Positions 58,443-64,000 of a stretch of 64,000 bases of DNA are shown here, in pieces; position 1 is the first letter of the stretch, and each line of letters opens with the position of its first letter. The stretch comes from Candidatus Cloacimonadota bacterium (GTDB lineage: Bacteria > Cloacimonadota > Cloacimonadia > G963667145). The notes under the pieces were generated by a model, which saw only the letters and a list, made by a program, of their open reading frames with translations, was not told the DNA's origin and searched no databases. A program made the position numbers and the translations under genes. The DNA is taken from positions 1,216,001 to 1,280,000 of the forward strand of contig OY781092.1 in NCBI GenBank assembly GCA_963676615.1, read 5' to 3'.

Positions 58443-59384
58443 TTAAATTTTTTGCTCTTTTTCGAACGGAACGCCGTCTGCTGCTGGCGCCATCACTTTT
58501 CCGACAAAGCAAACCAAAATCACTATCGTGAGGACATACGGCAGCATATTCAGCAAATCCATCGGCAGATTCAGCTGCTGGAACTGTCCCAAGAAAATAA
58601 CCAGCGCCTGCGCAAAGCCAAACAGCAAGCACGCCCAAAGTGCACCAAAAGGCTTCCATTTGCCGAAAATCATCGCCGCCAAAGCGATGAAGCCTTGTCC
58701 CGAAACCAGAGTCGGACGGAAGTTGGACACTATCGCCAAACTCAGCGAAGCTCCGCCCAAACCAGCCAAAGCTCCAGAGCAAATCACCGCCCAATAGCGA
58801 ATTTTTTGCACCCGAATTCCCACAGTTTGCGCCGCAACTGGATGCTCGCCCACAGCCACCAGCCGCAAACCAATGACCGTTTTATTGAGCACAAACCACA
58901 CCAAAACGACCAAAAGCACCGCTATGTAGGTCGTGGCATACATATTGTCGAAAATATAGTAGAAAAAACTGCCCTCGGGAAAAACGCCCGACAAAATGCG
59001 CGGCATCTTCTCCGCCAAAGCTATCGAAGGCGTTGTCGTTGCCCCACGAAAAATCATCCGAGAGAGAAAAAGCGAAACGCCAGGTCCGACGAAATTCAGA
59101 GCCACACCCGAGATTACCTGATTTGCCGAAAAGCTGACGCAAGCCACGGCGTGGAGTAGCCCCATTAAGCCACCAACCAAACCAGCGCAGACGAAAGCCA
59201 AAAACGGATTGCCAAAATAAAAGCCACAAGTTGCGCCGATAAACGCCCCGATGACCATCATCCCCTCTAATCCCAAGTTAATCACGCCAGATTTTTCGCT
59301 GACCACGCCAGCTAACGCACTGTAAATCAAAGGAGTTGCATACATAAAAGTCGTCCCCAAAATCAGGGCAATATTATCCAACAT
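58443..59384 (-). CDS. Nucleoside ABC transporter permease (NupC/YufQ-like)
   Basis: SEKSGVINLGLEG.M, GLRL.AVGEHP, GQGFIALAA.IFG.W.P, LPYV. Confidence 0.88.
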   Translation of the reverse strand: MLDNIALILGTTFMYATPLIYSALAGVVSEKSGVINLGLEGMMVIGAFIGATCGFYFGNPFLAFVCAGLVGGLMGLLHAVACVSFSANQVISGVALNFVGPGVSLFLSRMIFRGATTTPSIALAEKMPRILSGVFPEGSFFYYIFDNMYATTYIAVLLVVLVWFVLNKTVIGLRLVAVGEHPVAAQTVGIRVQKIRYWAVICSGALAGLGGASLSLAIVSNFRPTLVSGQGFIALAAMIFGKWKPFGALWACLLFGFAQALVIFLGQFQQLNLPMDLLNMLPYVLTIVILVCFVGKVMAPAADGVPFEKEQKI

Positions 59385-60507
59385 TTTTATCTCCTTTTTT
59401 CGCAAAAAACGAAAGCGCATAGGGTATTATCTTGGGCATCGCCACAAAAAAGACGATCACGCCCATCACAATATTGATTATCTCAAACGGCGCACCCATC
59501 AGCGGTTGCAGCTTTGTGCCGCCATACTTCAGCGCTCCAAAAAAAACTCCTGCCCAAAGGCTACCAAAAGCGGTGCATCCACCGATGAGAGCCACCGCAA
59601 TGCCGTCAAATCCATAGCCTTCCATCATCGACAAGATGCTGATGTTGTGCGAAACAGCCATCACCTGCAACGCTCCGGCAAGCCCAGAGAGCGCCCCAGC
59701 GATAAACATCGAGGTGACAAAGCTCTTGTTCACATCAATTCCGCCAAACTTCGCCGCATCGGAGTTGAAACCGACCGCTTTTAGCCGATAGCCGAGCGTC
59801 GTTTTTTCCAAAATGAAAAACACCAGCACGACCGCAAAAAGAGCGAAAAATATTCCCGCATTCGTCGGCGCCCGCAAAATTTCCTTGCAAAACGGATGTT
59901 GAGCCAGCCACTGAATGCCCGATTGACTCATCTTGAAATCGTTAAAAAAAGTGATAATCGCCGAGTCGAAAATGGTCTTCGTCTGCTCACTATTGGGCTT
60001 TGCCAGCCACGACAACCGCACAAAATAGTTCCGCAGATACAGCGCAATCCAGTTCAACATTATCGACGAAATCACCTCGTGGACGCCGTAGCGAGCCTTG
60101 AGAAAGCCCAGCACAGAACCAAACAAGCCTGTTATCAAGATGGTGAGCAAAATTATCAGCGGGATTTGCAGATAAAACGGCAACGAAAAAAGCGAGCCAA
60201 AAACCGCCGCAACTATCGTTCCCATAATGAATTGCCCCTCTGCGCCGATGTTAAAAAGTCCCGTGCGAAAAGCGAAAGCGACCGACAATCCCGTCAAAAT
60301 CAAAGGCGTCGCCTTGACAATCGTGTAGCTAAAATAGCTAACTTTGCCAAAAATTCCCCACAAAATAATTCCATACGCCTCAAACGGATTGTAGCCCGCC
60401 AAAGCCAGCACAACTCCGCCGCTAAAAATTCCAATCAAAATCGAAATGAGCGGAAAAAGTTTCGGGCTATCGCTGACAAATTTCCCGATTTTTTGTAAAA
60501 ACGACAT
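59374..60507 (-). CDS. Nucleoside ABC transporter permease (NupB/YufP-like)
   Basis: TPLILTGL, GLFNIGAEGQ, HEVI.SIMLN, GFDGIAVAL. Confidence 0.88.
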   Translation of the reverse strand: MSFLQKIGKFVSDSPKLFPLISILIGIFSGGVVLALAGYNPFEAYGIILWGIFGKVSYFSYTIVKATPLILTGLSVAFAFRTGLFNIGAEGQFIMGTIVAAVFGSLFSLPFYLQIPLIILLTILITGLFGSVLGFLKARYGVHEVISSIMLNWIALYLRNYFVRLSWLAKPNSEQTKTIFDSAIITFFNDFKMSQSGIQWLAQHPFCKEILRAPTNAGIFFALFAVVLVFFILEKTTLGYRLKAVGFNSDAAKFGGIDVNKSFVTSMFIAGALSGLAGALQVMAVSHNISILSMMEGYGFDGIAVALIGGCTAFGSLWAGVFFGALKYGGTKLQPLMGAPFEIINIVMGVIVFFVAMPKIIPYALSFFAKKGDKNVG

Positions 60508-60510
60508 AAC

Positions 60511-62031
60511 CTAACAACCTCCTGACATCATCAGCCCCAGCTGATTTCTATCCGCCGTCTGACCATCCAAAATCCCCACGATTTTCCCACTGTGCATCAC
60601 CGCGATGCGATCCGAGAGCGCCATAATCTCGTCCAGCTCCAACGAAACCAGCAAAATCGTCTTCCCCCGCTTTTTGTGCTCCAGCAAAGATTTTTGGATA
60701 TACTCAATCGCTCCAACATCAAGCCCTCTGGTCGGCTGACACGCAATTAAAACTTTCGGCGAAGCGTCGATTTCCCGCGCCAAAATCACCTTTTGCTGAT
60801 TTCCACCCGACAAATCTCGGGCAGGCTTATTCTCGTCCGTCGGTCGCACATCGAACGCCTGGATTAACTTTTTGGCGTAATCTTTTATCGCCTCTTTTTG
60901 CAAAATGCACCGCCGCGAAAATCTGGGCGTATTATAAACCTCCAGCACCATATTGTCCTGCACCGAAAAATCCAGCACCAGCCCGTGCTTTTGCCTATCG
61001 CTGGGGATATGCCCGATGCTACTGTCGTAAACCTGCTTGGGGCTTGCTCCCGTGACATCTTTCCCGTCGATCAACACCTGCCCGCTCTCCACATCCATCA
61101 GCCCCGTAATCGCCTGCACCAGCTCCTCCTGACCGTTTCCGTCAATCCCCGCAAGGCCCAAAATCTCCCCTTTATACGCCTCTAAATTCAGGTGATCCAC
61201 CGACAGCAGACCTTTCTCGCCACGCACACACAAATCTTTAATAATCAACAGCTTAACATTATCAGTTGGCTTTTCCCCCTTGTCAATATCCATCACCACA
61301 GAACGCCCAACCATCATCTGCGCCATCTGCTCGATCGAAGTGTCCGCAACATCCACGCTCGCCACAACTTTGCCCTTGCGAATCACCGTGCATTTATCCG
61401 CTAACTGCTTGATTTCCTTTAGCTTATGCGAAATAAAAATAACACTCTTGCCCTCTTTCGTCAGTGACTTCATCACTTTTCCCAGCTCCTGAATCTCCTG
61501 CGGCGTCAAAACGGCGGTCGGCTCATCCAAAATCAAAGTGTTCGCCTTGCGGAAAAGAGCTTTCAATATCTCCACTTTTTGCTGCATTCCCACAGAAATT
61601 TGGCTGATTTTGGCGTCTGGATCAACATTCAGCCCATACTTCTGCGAAAGCGCCACAATTTTTTCTTTGGCTTTTTCGTAATCCAAAATCCCCCGAGCGC
61701 CAGTGATTTCGGAGCCCAAAACGATGTTCTGCACCACCGTAAACGGCTTGATCAACATAAAATGCTGATGCACCATCCCAATTCCGCAGGCAATCGCATC
61801 GGACGGCGAGTTGAACTTTTTCTCGACCCCTTGCACAAAAATCGACCCGCTAGAAAGGCGATACAGCCCATAAAGCGTGTTCATCAGCGTCGATTTACCC
61901 GCGCCGTTTTCGCCCAAAATTGCCAGAATTTCGCCCTTTTTGACCTGCAAATTTATCCGATCGTTCGCCACAAAAGAGCCAAAAACCTTCGTGGCGTCCC
62001 GCATCTCCACAGCAACATTACTCTCATTCAT
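60511..62031 (-). CDS. Nucleoside ABC transporter double-domain ATPase (NupA/YufO-like)
   Basis: GENGAGKSTLM, GIGMVHQHFML, DEPTAVLTPQE, LSGGNQQK, QPTRGLDVGA. Confidence 0.9.
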   Translation of the reverse strand: MNESNVAVEMRDATKVFGSFVANDRINLQVKKGEILAILGENGAGKSTLMNTLYGLYRLSSGSIFVQGVEKKFNSPSDAIACGIGMVHQHFMLIKPFTVVQNIVLGSEITGARGILDYEKAKEKIVALSQKYGLNVDPDAKISQISVGMQQKVEILKALFRKANTLILDEPTAVLTPQEIQELGKVMKSLTKEGKSVIFISHKLKEIKQLADKCTVIRKGKVVASVDVADTSIEQMAQMMVGRSVVMDIDKGEKPTDNVKLLIIKDLCVRGEKGLLSVDHLNLEAYKGEILGLAGIDGNGQEELVQAITGLMDVESGQVLIDGKDVTGASPKQVYDSSIGHIPSDRQKHGLVLDFSVQDNMVLEVYNTPRFSRRCILQKEAIKDYAKKLIQAFDVRPTDENKPARDLSGGNQQKVILAREIDASPKVLIACQPTRGLDVGAIEYIQKSLLEHKKRGKTILLVSLELDEIMALSDRIAVMHSGKIVGILDGQTADRNQLGLMMSGGC

Positions 62032-62144
62032 ATTTCACCTTTAAAAATATCAATAACCAACTCTCGCTATCTGAGCAAAAATAATCGCAAATGTCAAGCT
62101 AAAAAAAACTCTCGCCGCTAAAATCAAAAATTGCCAAAAATCGC

Positions 62145-62810
62145 CTACCGCTTCCTAATCAGCGCAAGCCCGTCGGCAATCGACAAAATACTGAAATCTA
62201 TGCGGTTATCCATTTTGAGCGATGCGTTAAATTCCTGCAATTTGGGAACGGTGCGATTATCTTCTTGCAAAATTCTGCCCGAAAGCAAAAGATTGTCAAC
62301 CACCAAAACGCCGTTTTCAGCCAAAATTGGCAGACACAGCTCCAGATATTTGCCGTAATTGATTTTGTCGGCATCCATAAAAATGAAATCGAACTTTTGA
62401 CCCTGCAGCTTTTGCAAACTCTCCTGCGCCGGCGCCAACATCTGCGTGATTTTGTGCAAAACGCCCGCTTTTTGCCAATATTTTTGACGAACAGGCTCCA
62501 AATCCGCTTTGTGATCAAGCGTCACCACTTTGCCATTTGGCGGAATATTCAGCGCCGCCAAAAGCGCACTATAGCCCGTAAAAGTGCCGATGTCTAGGCA
62601 ATTTTTCGCTCTCAGCAGCCGAATAAGAAACCCCAAAAATTGCGACTGCTCTGCGCTAATCATAAAATGCGACTGCCGCACCCGCTCCAGCGTCTCCGCG
62701 CGCAAATCCTGCAAACTCTTGGGCTCATCCTGCGACAAATTTTGCAAATATTCAAAAAGCTCCGCCGTCACGATTTTGCCGTCTTTGCGGCTATTTTTGA
62801 AAAACCTCAT
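62145..62810 (-). CDS. Caffeoyl-CoA-type SAM-dependent O-methyltransferase (Methyltransf_3); start may be GTG at 62771
   Basis: DIGTFTGYS, FDFIFMDADK..Y, VVDN.L, IADGL. Confidence 0.85.
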   Translation of the reverse strand: MRFFKNSRKDGKIVTAELFEYLQNLSQDEPKSLQDLRAETLERVRQSHFMISAEQSQFLGFLIRLLRAKNCLDIGTFTGYSALLAALNIPPNGKVVTLDHKADLEPVRQKYWQKAGVLHKITQMLAPAQESLQKLQGQKFDFIFMDADKINYGKYLELCLPILAENGVLVVDNLLLSGRILQEDNRTVPKLQEFNASLKMDNRIDFSILSIADGLALIRKR

Positions 62811-64000
62811 ACACCCCTTGGCGAGTTTTTGCCGCCAAAATCTCCTGAATATTCTCCTTCACTCCCAAAACTTTGGAAAGTTCAGCCACGATTTTCAGGT
62901 GCGGCTTATAGGCGTTGTTTGGCGAAATGAACAAAATAATCACCTTCGTCGGTTTGCCGTCCAGCGACTCAAAATCTATCCCCTGCGGACAAATCCCCAC
63001 AGCAATATGACTGCTCAAACTCCCTTGTGTCTTGGCGTGCGGCAGAGCCACAAAATTTCCTATCGCCGTGGAAAGCGCCTTTTCACGCTCCAAAACATCC
63101 TCCAAAACCTTCGCCGCATCCACCTTGCAATGATGCGCACAAATCAAATCCAGCAGCTCCGTTATCGCCTGCGGCTTGTTCGTCGCCTTCATCTGCAAAA
63201 TAATATTCTGCGGATTCAGCAGTTCCGTGAGTTGCCGAGCCTCCGCCTTGTTATACTTGCCCTGGAAATTTATCAAATTCTCGCCCAGCTCCTTCGGTTT
63301 GGTGATGTGCTTGAGCTCCGCCAAAGTCGTGTTAATCTTCACCAGCGCCTCATACACAATCGTCTGCGCAAAAATCGTCTGATCCTGCTCGATCGAGATG
63401 TTAATCGTCCGCTCCGCTTCGTCCTCCGAGAGCTTAATCATCAGCTTATCTCGCCTGATTTGGTAGATAATTTTCTCGCCCTTTGTCATACTCACAAAAA
63501 ATCCTTCCTCGCTAAAAGTATCCAAAATATACCTCAAAATCAGCCTGCGAATTTGCGAATTTTCGATTTTGTAATTGATCACATTTTGCTCATCCTCGCG
63601 CCTCTTGGTCTTCGTCCCCTCTTTGCCGATCTTCAACAATTTATCCAAAATCAGCGGCGGCACAATCGTAGAGACCAACACCAGCATAATCGCAGCCGAA
63701 AAAATCTGCTCATCGATAATGCCTCCGGCGAGCCCAAAACCAGCCATAATCATTATCACCTCGCCGCGCGGCGACATCCCAAAACCAATGCGGGCAGAAC
63801 CCACAGCGTTAAAACCCGCAAAATACGAAAAAGCGCCACAACCGACGACTTTCGCCAAAATCGCCACCAGCGAATAAACAAGCCCGAAAATCAGAAATCC
63901 AGACTTGGTAAACACCGTCACATCAACCATCATCCCCATCACCGTGAAAAAAATCGGCACGAAAAAAAGCTCCAGCGGCTCCAGCGAATCCAGCAAAACA
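62791..64000 (-). CDS. Second CPA2 antiporter-PTS EIIA fusion, N-terminus beyond the right edge
   Basis: FFVPIFF..MG..VD, GMSPRGEV; C-terminal ERE…STAIG…PHAK…SLDGKPT. Confidence 0.85.
   Translation of the reverse strand, partial: VLLDSLEPLELFFVPIFFTVMGMMVDVTVFTKSGFLIFGLVYSLVAILAKVVGCGAFSYFAGFNAVGSARIGFGMSPRGEVIMIMAGFGLAGGIIDEQIFSAAIMLVLVSTIVPPLILDKLLKIGKEGTKTKRREDEQNVINYKIENSQIRRLILRYILDTFSEEGFFVSMTKGEKIIYQIRRDKLMIKLSEDEAERTINISIEQDQTIFAQTIVYEALVKINTTLAELKHITKPKELGENLINFQGKYNKAEARQLTELLNPQNIILQMKATNKPQAITELLDLICAHHCKVDAAKVLEDVLEREKALSTAIGNFVALPHAKTQGSLSSHIAVGICPQGIDFESLDGKPTKVIILFISPNNAYKPHLKIVAELSKVLGVKENIQEILAAKTRQGVYEVFQK

Noticed and set aside
57360..59159. 599-aa + strand ORF
   Set aside because: Antisense shadow of bmp and the permease; no domain features.
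62032..62144. Purine riboswitch upstream of the nucleoside ABC operon
   Set aside because: The intergenic region is short and I could not see the purine aptamer core or an expression platform.

Overview
A 64-kb chromosomal segment from a diderm bacterium, probably an anaerobe (inferred from LolD, a TamB-like protein, an MsbA-like exporter, NlpD, lipoprotein binding proteins and YgfK); the lineage cannot be fixed from sequence alone. Left to right: a yhaM-MBL hydrolase-lolD-tamB-like operon running off the left edge; a TRAP transporter; an intact IS256-family element whose 8-bp target duplication is the Shine-Dalgarno sequence of csaA; a ProU/OpuA glycine-betaine ABC system; an nfo-ispF-pyrimidine dimer glycosylase cluster; a MarR-led unit encoding an EgtUV-like (ergothioneine-type) ABC importer, a flavin-binding/2x[4Fe-4S] fusion protein and an NAD(P)H oxidoreductase; mgtE and neighbours; the tuf-S10-spc-alpha ribosomal cluster (no adk, no fusA upstream of tuf); fabI; a small decayed accessory patch; two paralogous CPA2 antiporter-PTS EIIA fusions; three tRNAs; surE-msbA-like-yhcG-nlpD; and a nucleoside scavenging region (Nup/Bmp ABC, a small beta-barrel, an orphan sRNA candidate, YgfK, a class II aldolase and an MtaD-like deaminase). 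The best candidates for undescribed systems are the EgtUV-like importer with its redox enzymes, the nucleoside/5'-deoxynucleoside region with its putative channel and sRNA, and the antiporter-EIIA fusions. All family assignments come from motif recognition by eye; no database searches were run.
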